A DNA stretch of 62,832 nucleotides, counting the filler, from Dugesia japonica (Eukaryota): the NCBI GenBank assembly GCA_001938525.1. It is 6 parts of 6 records of this genome, joined end to end, with 100 filler letters (N's around TTAATTAATTAA, not from the genome) between each part and the next. Parts side by side here need not be neighbours in the genome. Positions count along the whole stretch, not along the records: positions 32,128 to 44,110 come from MQRL01608415.1; positions 44,211 to 53,984 come from MQRL01621579.1; 4 more parts are not named here. One strand, 5' to 3'. The notes under the pieces are model-generated. The model was not told where the DNA came from, did not search any database, and was given only the letters and a program-made list of their open reading frames with translations. The position numbers and the translations under genes are program-made. Below, piece after piece: positions 38,076-50,040 of the stretch (positions are counted from its first letter, which is position 1; each line of letters opens with the position of its first letter).

Positions 38076-38558
38076 ATGGAAGAGAAAAAAGATAAACTGA
38101 TTGGGATAGAATTAATTTTAAATACATTTAAAAATATAAGAGATGTAGAAAATGCGAGTTTAAGTGAAATTGAAGCATATACAAAAATAAAAATGACTGA
38201 AGATATAGCAAAAGAAAATTTAGAAGATTTAAAAGATATGCTTAAAACAATTAAACAATTAAAAGTGAGTGAAAAAGAAAAGAAAATGTTTAATTCACTA
38301 ACAACATTTATAATGTCTTTAATAACCGATTNTGACTGTAAAGCTGAGATAGCTGCAAATGCGTGTGATGCATTAAATGCAATAAAAAAAGTTGCGCAAA
38401 AAGAGCGTTATGAACATAATGCAACATTTAAAAAAATAAATGAAGAATTAAAACCACAAATGGTAACTTATGAAGAGGCAGGGTTAAATTTTAAAAAAAG
38501 AAATAGAAAGCATAAAACCGCAAAAGATATGTTGGCATTAACTAATGTTTTTAATTAA
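38076..38558 (+). CDS. Polinton-region hypothetical helical protein, paralog 1
   Basis: 160-aa open ORF; aligns with the next ORF. Confidence 0.7.
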   Translation: MEEKKDKLIGIELILNTFKNIRDVENASLSEIEAYTKIKMTEDIAKENLEDLKDMLKTIKQLKVSEKEKKMFNSLTTFIMSLITDXDCKAEIAANACDALNAIKKVAQKERYEHNATFKKINEELKPQMVTYEEAGLNFKKRNRKHKTAKDMLALTNVFN

Positions 38559-38561
38559 TAA

Positions 38562-39031
38562 ATGGCAGAAAAAAAATTGGGGTGGATTTTATACTTGATA
38601 CAATTAATGATTTAATTGAAGAAAATATAAGTGTTGATAAAATTAGTGAATATAGAAAAAATAAATTAACAAAAGATATAGTAGAAGATAACTTGATTAA
38701 CCTTAATGAAATATATAAAAAAATTAATGAAATTGAAATAATAGAAAAAGATAAAAGTGCGTTTAAATCATTAATGACAGTTTTTATTTTTCAAAATTTA
38801 GAAAATCAATGTCTTAATACTAAAAAAATAAAACCAATAATAATTAGCCATAAAGACATGAGTTTTATATTTACATTAAAAGAAGGTAGAAAACGGCTTT
38901 CCCAAAAAGAGATTATAAATTTTTATAATGATTTAGAAGGGAAACAGAAAATTACTGAAAAATCAAAACGTGTGAAAGTCCCATCATCATGTTCAAGTAT
39001 AATTAGAGCAACAGCTAAAAAATTATTATAA
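38562..39031 (+). CDS. Polinton-region hypothetical helical protein, paralog 2
   Basis: Probable start ATG 38562 (MAEKKLG) with an early frameshift into the 38582 ORF. Confidence 0.65.
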
Positions 39032-39189
39032 AAAATGCCCGGCTCGGTTTTTTTCACAATGAGGAAAAATTATAATTTTAAAAAAAATTCAATAAAAAAT
39101 TTTTGTAAAATTAATTCATTTAATGAAAAAACAATAAAATTTAAATTAAATTTAACATTCCTTAAAATAAAAGAACAACAAAAACTTTA

Positions 39190-39408
39190 ATGGAAAGAGA
39201 TTTTAATGGAAGATTTATTTCATTGGAAGATAGGCTTGAAAAAAAAATAAATGTAATTGTAATGGCAATTGTAGGGGCAACGGTAATAGTGATAGTAATT
39301 GTAATGGTAATGGTGATGGCAAACCCAAAAGAAAAAGGAGAGGAGCAGCAGAGATGGCAAAAATATGTGAGCGGCTTTAAAAAACACACCATTAAAAAAA
39401 CACTATAG
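39190..39408 (+). CDS. Small Polinton-region protein, probably frameshifted
   Basis: After an A-run the alternative frame reads CNCNGNCRGNGNSDSNCNGNGDGKPKRKRRGAAEMAKICERL. Confidence 0.4.
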   Translation: MERDFNGRFISLEDRLEKKINVIVMAIVGATVIVIVIVMVMVMANPKEKGEEQQRWQKYVSGFKKHTIKKTL

Positions 39409-39411
39409 AAA

Positions 39412-40660
39412 ATGGAAGGAAAAATAAATCTCGATAATAATATTATATTTACTCATGAAATGTTAAAAAATGATATTTTAAAAATTTCACCATCATCAAG
39501 CACAATTACAAATTTAATAAAAGATGGGGAGATAATTTTTCAATCTTAACAGTCAACAAATTCATTAGACATTTGTAATGCAATGTTACACTTTAGAATT
39601 GAAATAGAAAATGAAGCCACTAAAATTGCAACTCTAGAAAATAATTTTTTCCCATCTTTATTTAAATTNATGAGATTAAAACTTGGAGCATCTGATGTAG
39701 AAACTATTAATGATCCAGGCACAATATCTACAAAGTTAAATTTTATTACAAGTTATACTCATAGATAAATATATGGAGAATTAACAGGATGGTATTTAGA
39801 TGAAGACCGAAAAAAAATTAAATGAAAAAAAATTTGAAGGATTTTTTCTATTGAGAAATTTATTTGGATTCATGCAAAATGTTAACCGAGTACTTTACAA
39901 CACAATGATTGAATTTAATTGTTATAGACAAATTAATAATAAAATTTTATTTAAAGGAGAAGGGACACCTAATTTAAAATTAATGACTTTAGAATTACAC
40001 ATTCCAGAATGTAGATTGGCACCTAAAATGGAATTAATGCTTGTAGAAAGAATTTCAACTGATCGATCAATTAAAGTTGCATTTTTAAATCGAATAACAG
40101 GTAAAGCAATATTAAGCACAGGAAATTATACTTCTTTAAAATTAAGTATGTTAGCATACAAACCAAGGTATATTTTTATTGCTATGAAAAATGAAATTAA
40201 TTCTTATGCAAATGATGATAATTCATTTATACCAGGGAAAAAAGAAACCAAAAAAGTAGATGGAAAAGACACCTCTGCTGATGTTTATTTAAAAAGTGTG
40301 CAAATACAATTAAACAATAATTACTATCCAATTAATGAATGTAAATTTAATATGGAAAATAATGAAATGTGTTCTCCCTATTTTAATTATTTAAAATGTT
40401 TTCAAGACTTTTTTACAGAGCCGCAATTATCACTTCAAGAATTTGGTGGAAAATATCCTATTTTCTGTTTTGACTTAACAGCACAAGATGATCGATTAAA
40501 TATTAATAATGTAGATATTACACTTCACATAACAAAAGAACCAGAATTTACAGCAAGTGTTTACTGGTGCATTCTCGAAGAAAAACATGTAGAAATAAAA
40601 TTGGTAAATAATAAAATTGCAATGATTGAAAGTGTAAAGGGTGTTGAATTTCAATATTAA
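39412..40660 (+). pseudogene. Polinton/adintovirus major capsid protein (double jelly-roll, hexon-like), frameshifted
   Basis: ~415 codons in three pieces: LDNNII..P..TNL..GEI, LENNFFPSLF..L.LG..VE...PG, L.NLFGF, KPRYIFIAM, SVQIQLN..YP, PIFCFDLT.Q. Located among integrase, ATPase and penton genes. Confidence 0.85.
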
Positions 40661-40664
40661 ATAA

Positions 40665-41114
40665 ATGACCAAGTCAACAAAATTTACATGTGAAAAATTT
40701 AATAGAACTTTGTTAAAAAAAAATAAAGCCCGACATGTAAAACTTTGTAAAGGTGGAGGAGATTTACAATCTTCAAGTTTTATTAGTAATGATTTAAAAC
40801 CTTTTACTTGGAAAAAATACCCAGGTGAGCGAAATTTGTTCCATCATAATTATACCGGACCAGAAACTAGATTAGATATTAGACTCGATGAAAATAATGA
40901 ACCATTACCAGGAGAAGAACCCATTAATCGAATTGATGCAGCAGCACTGAAACATGATATTGCTTATTATTCAGAAGACATGAGAGATCGCCATAATGCA
41001 GATGTAAATTTAATTCATGATATTAATGATATTCCAGATCCTACACCACAAGAAAAATTTCAAGGCACTCTTGTAAAAATTATAATGATTGATAGTAAAA
41101 GGACTGGCAGATGA
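40665..41114 (+). CDS. Parvovirus VP1-type phospholipase A2 domain protein (PLA2X)
   Basis: Ca-binding loop HNYTGP and catalytic helix PINRIDAAALKHDIAY..RHNAD. Confidence 0.9.
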   Translation: MTKSTKFTCEKFNRTLLKKNKARHVKLCKGGGDLQSSSFISNDLKPFTWKKYPGERNLFHHNYTGPETRLDIRLDENNEPLPGEEPINRIDAAALKHDIAYYSEDMRDRHNADVNLIHDINDIPDPTPQEKFQGTLVKIIMIDSKRTGR

Positions 41115-41874
41115 GCTTCATCGAAATTATAGAAAACCAAAACTATTATTAAAAGTAACTGTAAGTGAACCGGATGAAACTTGGTCTGCAGATTTAACAT
41201 TTCATGAAAAAAAAGTAATGTTAACTGTGATTGATCTTTATTCGAGATTTGCATTTGAAGAACTTTGTGAAAATAAAACCGGTAAGGTAATTACAGAAGC
41301 ATTTAAAAGTATTTTAGAAAATAACATTCGTACTCCAAATAATTTATGGGTTGATGAAGGAACGGAATTTTACAACAAAACATTTTCTGATTGGTGTAAA
41401 GAAAATAATATCAATATGTACTCTACTTATAATCATGGAAAAGCAGTTGTCATTGAAAGATTTAATCGCACATTTAAAAACAAGCTCTTTAAACATTTTA
41501 CTCCCGTTGGGAATCAAGAAATCACACAAGAGCTCTTACAGGAAATAGTAGACAACTACAACAACACAGTACATTCTTCAATAAAGACAACTCCAGCAGA
41601 AGCGTATGCAGGGCATAATGTTTTCTATGAGGAAGTCAAAGATGAAAGATCTTAAAAATTTAAAAATAAATTTAAAATAGGAGATAAAGTTAGAATATTT
41701 ATAATTAAACAAAAAACATTTGAAAAAAAATATAGATTTAAATGGTCTGTAGAAACATATTTTGTTACAAAAAATTATTTAACAATTCCTCCCACTTATC
41801 AAATTGCCGATACAAATGGAGAAAGAATTCTTGGAAGATTTTATGAGGCTGAGTTGCAAAAAACTTCTCTATAA
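41089..41874 (+). pseudogene. Polinton c-integrase without chromodomain (lineage B)
   Basis: LADELH, WSADL, IDLYSR, LWVDEGTEF, VIERFNRT; one in-frame stop at 41653-41655, then FKIGDKVRI..FYEAELQK. Confidence 0.93.
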
Positions 41875-41879
41875 AAAAG

Positions 41880-42635
41880 ATGCCTCATTTAGTTTGGAAA
41901 AAAGATAAGGTAATTTTTAGAAATAAACTTTTGCCCAGTAATTTTGGATTGTTGATAATTGGATCTTCTGGTTGTGGAAAAAATTTTCTCTTGACACAAA
42001 TGTTACTTACACCAGGTTTTTTTGATTATGATAATCTTGTATTTTATTCAACTACAATTAATCAATTTGAAGTGCAATTAATTTATTATGCATTTTTAAA
42101 TGGTTTCACAAAACAAGAAATAATATTTATGCTTAATAAGCAAGCGATTGTGCCTAATTACTGCGACACGCCCCAAAAAGTTATAGATTTTTTCATTCGA
42201 AAGAAATTAGTAATAAAAGAACCACAGGTAATAGAAATAATCTTAAGTAGTGATCCATTTAAGATTACTCGCTGTGATGAATTAAAAAAGAATTAAAAAA
42301 ATCTTGTAATTTTTGATGATGTTGTAAATGAAAGAAATCAAGAAGTTCAAAAAAGTTATTTTACTCGAGGTCGACATTCAAATTGTAATGTTATTTATAT
42401 TTCCCAAACATATTTTCACCTTGATAAAAATTCAATAAGAAATNACAGCAACTGTTTTATATTTTTTCGATTAAATAAAAGAGATCGAGATAGTGTTTAT
42501 AGTGATTTATTTTCTTCTGTTTTTCCTAATAAAGATAAATATGATTATGATCAAAATCATCATTGGAGTAAACCTTATACATATTATTATTTAAATCAAT
42601 TAACAAATGAAATAACAACTGATCTTCTTGCTTAG
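41880..42635 (+). pseudogene. A32/FtsK-HerA DNA packaging ATPase
   Basis: Walker A GSSGCGK, Walker B LVIFDDV, FTRGRHSNCNVIYISQTYF; one in-frame stop at 42294-42296. Confidence 0.93.
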
Positions 42636-42639
42636 AAAA

Positions 42640-43705
42640 ATGTCTGATAAAAGTACAAATATCACAGAAGAAGAATTAAGAAAATTAGTAAATTCTAATA
42701 TTAGTAAATAATTAAAATTGATGGCAAAAATTATTGGATTGGTAAAAAAGCAAAAGCAGAAATTAAAAAACATGGGGGGTTATTTTTCTTAGGGGTTATA
42801 CCCGCAATAATTGCTGCTGCTGACAACATTGCAAAAGTCGCAGGTGCAGCTTGTGCTGTTGCAGGTGCTGCAAGCGGAATTTCATCCGCCGTTTCAAATT
42901 CGAGAGATGCATATAAAAAACAACTTGAAATTGAAAAATTACAACGAGAAGTTCCTATAACACCAAAACAAGGGGAAATTTTCAATCTTCTTTTGCTTTT
43001 TTTAACAACAACCTTTAATTTCTGCATTACAACAATTACAACCGGCAGTTCCTCAAACAACAGAAGTAAAACCACTAGAAGTAAAATTTACTCAACCAAA
43101 AATAGAACCATAATTAGAAAGAGAAATGGATTTTGAAAATTTAAACCCATTGATTTTAGAGCGTGAAGAAATTGAAATTAATCATAAATTTTTAAGCCCC
43201 CAAACAACACCAGAAATTATTTATGAAAATATTAATGGAAAAGAGTATCAAGTTATTAAAATTAATAATAATAAAATATATTTAGTTAAAAAAGATGGTG
43301 TCTCGTATTTTTATACAGACAATACCCTTATTCCTTATAAAGACAATATATTTCATTTAATTTTGGGGCATGTAGAAGAACTGGGTTTTTTACATGAAAA
43401 AGATATAATTACTTATTTAACTAAATTTAATATTAAACAACGAAAGAATGGAAAATATGCCACTTTATTGAAATCAAAAGTAAAATCTTTATCAGTAGAA
43501 TCTTTAGCTCCTAAAACAAATAGAAAAAATAACATTTGATGGGAATGGAATAGATTTATTTGAAAAATTAATGGTTTTAATTTCAGCTAAAAAATCAGGA
43601 CATGAAAATGTAGAGAAGGAGATAAAACAAATCTGTAAAAAATTAAAAGCAGAGAAATTAATTTCTAATGAAAAATATAATCATTATCTAAAAAAATATG
43701 TTAAA
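42640..43705 (+). pseudogene. Polinton virion/core protein(s) with KHGG + amphipathic membrane-active segment and C-terminal helical domain
   Basis: Plus-strand frames give KKHGGLFFLGVIPAIIAAA..AGAASGISSAVS, the 43126 ORF, then GNGIDLFEKLMVLISAKKSGH..EIKQI..L. The ORF track shows only the antisense frame at 42731. Confidence 0.7.
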
Positions 43706-44110
43706 TAAAATGTCTCATCAATTTTTGGTTACTGGTAGAAGTCCTAATTTAGAAATTAATTTACAACACCCTTTAGAATTAATTGGAGAATATGAACTTG
43801 GATTAATTTGTTTTTCTTGTTACAATATTATTTTTAATATACAAAAAGAAAATTGTGATTTTATTTATAATGGAGTAAATAATAAAATTCAACCTGGTGC
43901 TTATGAAGTTAAACCAATGGCAGAGAAAATAAAAGACCTTGGAATAATTATAATGNCCGATCTCTCAACAGCAAGATGTTCACTTGAAATAACTCACATT
44001 TTAAAATTCGATGATAAATCTTTCTTTTGTAAACTTTTAGGTTTTACTCCAAAAAAATATACTCCAGGAAAAAAACATTATTCCGAAGAGAAAATAAATA
44101 TTAGTTATAA
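43698..44110 (+). CDS. Polinton minor capsid (penton-like), cut off by the scaffold end
   Basis: HPLELIGEYELGLICFSCYN..NI..N, IQPGAYEV, KLLGF, SEEKINI. Confidence 0.8.
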
Positions 44111-47100
44111 NNNNNNNNNNNNNNNNNNNNNNNNNNNNNNNNNNNNNNNNNNNNTTAATTAATTAANNNNNNNNNNNNNNNNNNNNNNNNNNNNNNNNNN
44201 NNNNNNNNNNCGAAATTAATCTATGACATAATTTGTGTGCAAATAATTTTCCCAAGTAAATACACATAAAAAATACTGGCGCAAGTATTTCAAGAGGAAA
44301 ACCGTCCAAATAGAGCAAATGTTGTAGCAAATCCGAGCCCTAGCAAAACCAAACTCATCATCAGAATCAATCTCTAGCGTTTAGTGCTATGATCCGCTTG
44401 AGCAAGCATGTCAATATTTGTGCAGTTTCTATGAAGATGCAATAATCCGAACTTCATGATGATTATTTCTATCTTTGGTGATTTTTGTACCAAACTTATT
44501 ATTACTTCTGTGTATTTTGTACAAATTTATTTGCTCAACAATTTATTTTTATTTGATTTATATTGTTGTATATAGTTATACAATTTTCGGGACGAAAATA
44601 TTTTGGGAAGATATGTGATGAACCAGGTTATGCATAACATTTAAATTTTACAAATCTTTTATTTTTGTTTAAATTATTTAAGGTTTTGACAAGTTTAAGG
44701 AAATTATTATAAAAATTACTAAAAAGAGGTTAAAATAAAACTTCATTAATTTAAAAGAAAAATAATAAATTACTAAAAATCTAAAATAAAATTGTAGAAA
44801 CTTTTTTGATCTTTTAAATTAGAAAAATTTTGTTACTAAACTTAAGAAGTAAAAATATTATATCCAGGTGGGTGAGCAATTCAAATAATATATAAACAAA
44901 AGCAAGATTGAATATCTTGTGCAAATTTTAATATTATTTTGGGTATAGTTTTTTTATATAGGGCACATATTTTAATATCGTTTTAGACACAATGTTTTGC
45001 GAATTTAAATCTTGGAAAATTTGCGAAGTATGAGGGAGAGAGAGTATTTATATTGAGATGCTAAATTATAAAACCTTTAGAATTTATTTTGGGCAGGATA
45101 ATTGATTCAACGATATATAGTAATTATTTAATTTATTTTGTAATTCTAAGTGAGATAATAAAGCCCCTATCCAGGTAGTTATGATCATTTTTAAAATTTA
45201 ATCTAATAGTCTACATATTTTATTATTGGTTTATCACTGCTTCTAAAAAAGCAGAAAATCGTCTATTTATTATTATTGAATCTTAATTTTATTTTAAAAT
45301 TATAAATTGCAGTTGACTAATTAGCAGAGGTTCAACTGTTAATAAATATTTTAATTATAAGCGAACCGCAAATTAAAAATCTTATTCTTTTATTTCGACT
45401 GGTGTACCAATTAGTTTGAAGCCACCGCTTAAAATACTTCAAAGGTCAGTAGCATTACTGAGACATCGTTCAATATAAAATTAAATAGGATCAAATTATT
45501 GCACTGTACGTCACCAAAATTTAATTAAATTATTTAGATATTTATTTTTATTTATATTAAATTTGTTTTATTTGTTATCGTTTAATAAAAGTTTATTCAA
45601 TAAACCGTCTTAGTTTTTTGAATTATTATTGTTATTTATTATATAATTTATTTATAAATTAATAACTATCATCTACACTCATTTTATAAAATCATTTGTA
45701 GTCAGAAAACCCTTGTTAGATATCTTTACCNACGAGAATATAACAATTATGATAAAGTGAAGGTTGGGAATATTTTATAGCGAATGGTGTAAATATGAAA
45801 AATGAGAATGAACACGATAAAGTAAGCATCAACCAGATAAAGTGAACGAATGGAAGATGATAAAGTATGAATATAATGAACAAGATAAAGTGAAGAGTGT
45901 GAAGATGATTAAATGGATGGTATGAACACAAAAATGACCAAGTAATGTTAAAGAGTGACTAATNNNNNNNNNNNNNNNNNNNNNNNNNNNNNNNNNNNNN
46001 NNNNNNNNNNNNNNNNNNNNNNNNNNNNNNNNNNNNNNNNNNNNNNNNNNNNNNNNNNNNNNNNNNNNNNNNNNNNNNNNNNNNNNNNNNNNNAAGATAT
46101 GAAAGCGTAAAAGTAGTAAATAGAGATGCATTTAAGGACGACTACGACGAGCGCGAATGAGTGTTGATGAAGATGAATATGACGGAGAGGTGTAGAATAT
46201 CATGAGTTTCAAAGTCAGTTAATGAAGCTGGTGTTGTAGATGCGTAGANTCGCCATAATGTCTCACGGTTGTTGGTGTTTGATCACTAACCTCTTTAATC
46301 TTAAACTCAGCGGATACTTTAAAAACGATGTATAAATGTTATTTAAAAATATTAATTTTAATTTTATGAATTGTGTTCGGTTGGTTATAGTTATTTGCAT
46401 TCATCAAATGTTATTATAATGTTATCTTAAAACGTTAGTTTATTAATCTATATTATTTAAAACTGATATAATTTTATAATTTATCGGAGATTATTATCAA
46501 TAGCTTTAGTTCGAATTATTTCATTATTTAATTGTCTCTGAATCATATATGATACTAGAAGTAAAACAAATTATACCTGATTGCATATTTAGAAACTTCA
46601 TTTTACAGAACATTCTGACGAACCACTCACTATGATTCCAGAAACCTAGGGGTTTTTTTTCTTTTAAGCATTATTTTATTATTTCAGTTTCTTTTATTTT
46701 CCTTTATCATTACTTCTTTCAGTCTTACCGCTATTCCAGCACAAAACTTGTTATATTTAAAAATATCAATTTATTTACTTATTTATTTTAATAATTTCTA
46801 ATAATTATTTAAATTATATTCAAATGATTTAAATAATAATCCCCTATATAGATTATTTGAACTTTAAAAGTATTAATAAAACAAAATAAATCAATAAAAT
46901 TATTGAAAAAAGTAGAACTTAAAAATTAATAATGTTCGCAACAAGACGAGAAAATTGCAAAGATTTTTTTAAAATAATAATTAGAAAATCATTCAAATTA
47001 ACACTAAAATTATAAACTGCAAAAATAAAGATGAAAACAGGAAATACATCTCTCAGACTGAAAATAAAAAGAAATAGAATTTTTATTGGACAATTGGAAA

Positions 47101-47449
47101 TTTCATTTATTCGAATAACTGATTTTCTTTCTTTATTGGCAAAGTAAATGATAGTTTTAGATAAAAATTATAAAATCTTATTATTAATTATCTTATTATT
47201 AATTAATCTTATTATTATTATCATTATTATTATGTTTATTATTATTATTGTTATCATTATAATGGAAATTTTTAATCTTAAATTTGTTCGGTTTTTTTAA
47301 CATATCGTTTTTATTATTGTCATTTTGTAATTATCATACTGTTAATTATTAATTAATTAACATACAATATTAAAGCATTTGTTTCAAGTATTTCTACACT
47401 TATTTTTGGCGACTCTTTTAGAGCCCACAGACTTTTTAATACAATATCG

Positions 47450-48420
47450 ATTTACAATTATAATTAAAACGAGAGTCATTGTTGGGCCTAATCATTGATC
47501 GATTTCAGAGATTACATTAAAATAAATGCTTCGATCAAATTGTTTTTGTTTTTTAATGTATTTAATGATTTCGACTTAATCTTCGTCTGGAATTGACTTT
47601 TTTAATTTATTCAATATTGTTTTTATAATAGAAATACTTTTTGAATTACTTTATTTTATTTTATTTTAATTGGTTAATTTTCATTATTATTGGGTTGGAA
47701 CGCAAAATTTTTGGGTAATATAAGTTGTAAAATTNTCCGAAAAAACAGTGAAGAATAGAAACAAAAAATTAGTATTGGACCAGAAATTTGACTATTATAA
47801 TTATTATTTTCATTATATAATTATTATCATCATAATAATTACGGAATTATTATAGAATTCCGGAAAATGAAAACTAGAGAACTCTAATTTGGAAGGAAAA
47901 AATTATTACTGCAAAATATGAGATGAAAAATTTGTTAATTATAATAGAAATTATCTGAAACAGTATAATAATGTATTAGAAGAGTCTCTGCGATCCGTTT
48001 TATTTATTAAAAATAATGGAATTTTCCGTTTAATATTATTATTATTATTTTAATTAATTTTGCTCCAGTTCCTATTGCTTTGTCTGGTGAATACGAAAAT
48101 AGTAACAAAACCAGTGAATCACGTTAAGTCATACAAAGATTTATTGTAGCAACTGGAATAATCAGAGGTCACATTAGATGACCAGCTGAAATAAAATCGT
48201 CCATCAAAAAGTACGATTCGATGTGCGCAGAATTTGTTAGCCAGACGAGAGGAAGAAGAAATGCACACAGAACGTCATCTATTCAAAAAGTTGGATTTAG
48301 GAAACGGTGATCACGATTGGTTAGCTAATGGACAGTTCCATTGTTATTTGTGCATCAACCAAATAAAAAGAATATGCACCAAGAAATAAGACTCAACTTA
48401 AAAACAATTTTGCAATTATT
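47450..48420 (+). repeat. Copy of an unclassified repeated unit (homologous to ~61800-62832 minus)
   Basis: Collinear blocks: ATTGTTGG.CTAA.CATTGATCG, CGGAAAATGAAAA, AATGTATTAGAAG.GTCT, AAGTCA.ACAAA, TCACAT..G.TGAC; peptides DLGN and W..NG. Confidence 0.7.
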
Positions 48421-48565
48421 TAAAGTCGTTTTTTAGTCAAGAATTTTTACCATCTTGGTCAACCATAAATCATAAATATTTTGCAGACAAGTGGAAAGCT
48501 ATAAATTAAATGAAAGTTATTTTTTATATTTTATATTTATTTAACCTCAATATAAAATGTCAATT

Positions 48566-48961
48566 CTATGATCCAAGTGTGCTCCCTGAATAAACAGACG
48601 GTTGTGTTCTGAGAATTGATATCGCTGATAGAGGAAAATGTTTCTGTGGATAAAATGTGGTAAATAAATGCTGTTTGGAGATGGAAAATGCTTTTCTAAT
48701 GTATTGTAGTCGTGAATAAAACATTATAGAGATAAATCGTATTTCGAGAATAGAATGCTTTGCGAATGGATTGGTGCCGTGAATAAAGCGTGGCAGAAAC
48801 AAATTATATTTCGAAATTAAAGCACTGAAAAAATAGAAAGACTCTCTAAAGAAAGAGAATTGGTGAAAAGAGTGTTTTTTGGGAGTTTGATTACTGTGAT
48901 GAAGGCCTAATAAAATAACTCTATAAAATTTCTTTTTATTTTTGGAATAATGTGTGAGCAA
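48566..48961 (-). pseudogene. Degraded LINE-type reverse transcriptase fragment
   Basis: YRVILL.., YIRKAF (D..KAFD-like) and SGSTLG (PQGS.LG-like) appear in the expected order. Confidence 0.4.
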
Positions 48962-50040
48962 TGCTAATTTTCAATCATTTAGAAATAAAATCTTTTATGA
49001 ACCTCTACTTTTGTGTGCCGACTTATTTTTCTAAATGAGTAAATCTTTAGTTGTTGAATAATAATTTTGAGTAATATTAGTAATTGTCTTTTATGCTTAT
49101 AAATATTCTAAACTGATAGGTAAGTCTTTTGAGAGCCCCAGAAGCTTAGGGACGAGAAAGGATGGTAGTGTAAGACTGCTATCTTCTCTGGTCCGTAAAC
49201 CAAGAGCAGTGAAATCAAAAATGATAAGTTGTAGGCCAAAAACATGNNNNNNNNNNNNNNNNNNNNNNNNNNNNNNNNNNNNNNNTTGTTGTTTTTATAA
49301 TAAATCTCGAACTTTATCATAATTAATCCTAGATGAATTATTTAAATCGAGAATACAGGAAGGTGAAGTCAAAGAACTATAACTGGCCACATATTGACGA
49401 GCGCGGAAAGTGCTTCATTGAGTAGTCGGAGGTACAAGTTATGATCGCCAAAGAGAAGGAGAAACATGAACTAGAAATACTCAAGATAAAAACAAAGCTA
49501 GAAACCACACAATTACAGTTGGAAATCAAGGAAGGTATTATTCAGGTGGTCACAGCTCAATGTGACTTTATGAACCAGTCCACTGAGCCGTGGTCAAAAA
49601 TTTAGAATGAAATGAGTTCCTTAAATTTACTAAAAATTCAAAAAGTCCGGACCTTAAAGAAGGAGCTGAAAGAAGAGCAGGAGAAAGATTTCTACCATCA
49701 CAAATGCATTTGGGACCACAAAAAGTTTGTCGTGGTTTATGTAATTTGATGCACAAAGGCGTTTGTGTTTTGAATATAGTTTTTGGATTGTGTTTGAGCT
49801 TAGATTTTCTNANTTTGCTTNANTTTTGCCTGATTTGGCTGCATTTCTCATTAATAAAAGGTAATCTAAAAATTGTCTTTCGCTGAAGTTTAGCTTATGT
49901 AAAATTTATTAATTAGAAACGAAATTCATCAAAGAAATACGAGGATATTTCATATTTATGATGTGTGAATACTATTGATGTGTCAATCTATACAACTGAA
50001 ACTATTTGTACAAATAAATAAATAAATACAAATAAATAAG

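Noticed and set aside
42731-43075. Minus-strand 114-aa ORF, and similar antisense ORFs at 34867, 35704, 36012 and 39162
   Set aside because: These are shadows of recognisable plus-strand genes.
38555-43715. Poxvirus-like TAAATG late promoter at viral gene starts
   Set aside because: A-rich start contexts and stop-start packing are expected in compact AT-rich DNA; no evidence of specificity.
12184-44110. One continuous 30-kb Polinton genome
   Set aside because: The pieces lie on different scaffolds separated by synthetic linkers, and include duplicated PolB, MCP, integrase and penton genes.
49560-49860. piggyBac cysteine-rich C-terminus ending at TTAA
   Set aside because: Cys spacing is incomplete, and no catalytic motifs or TIR are visible.
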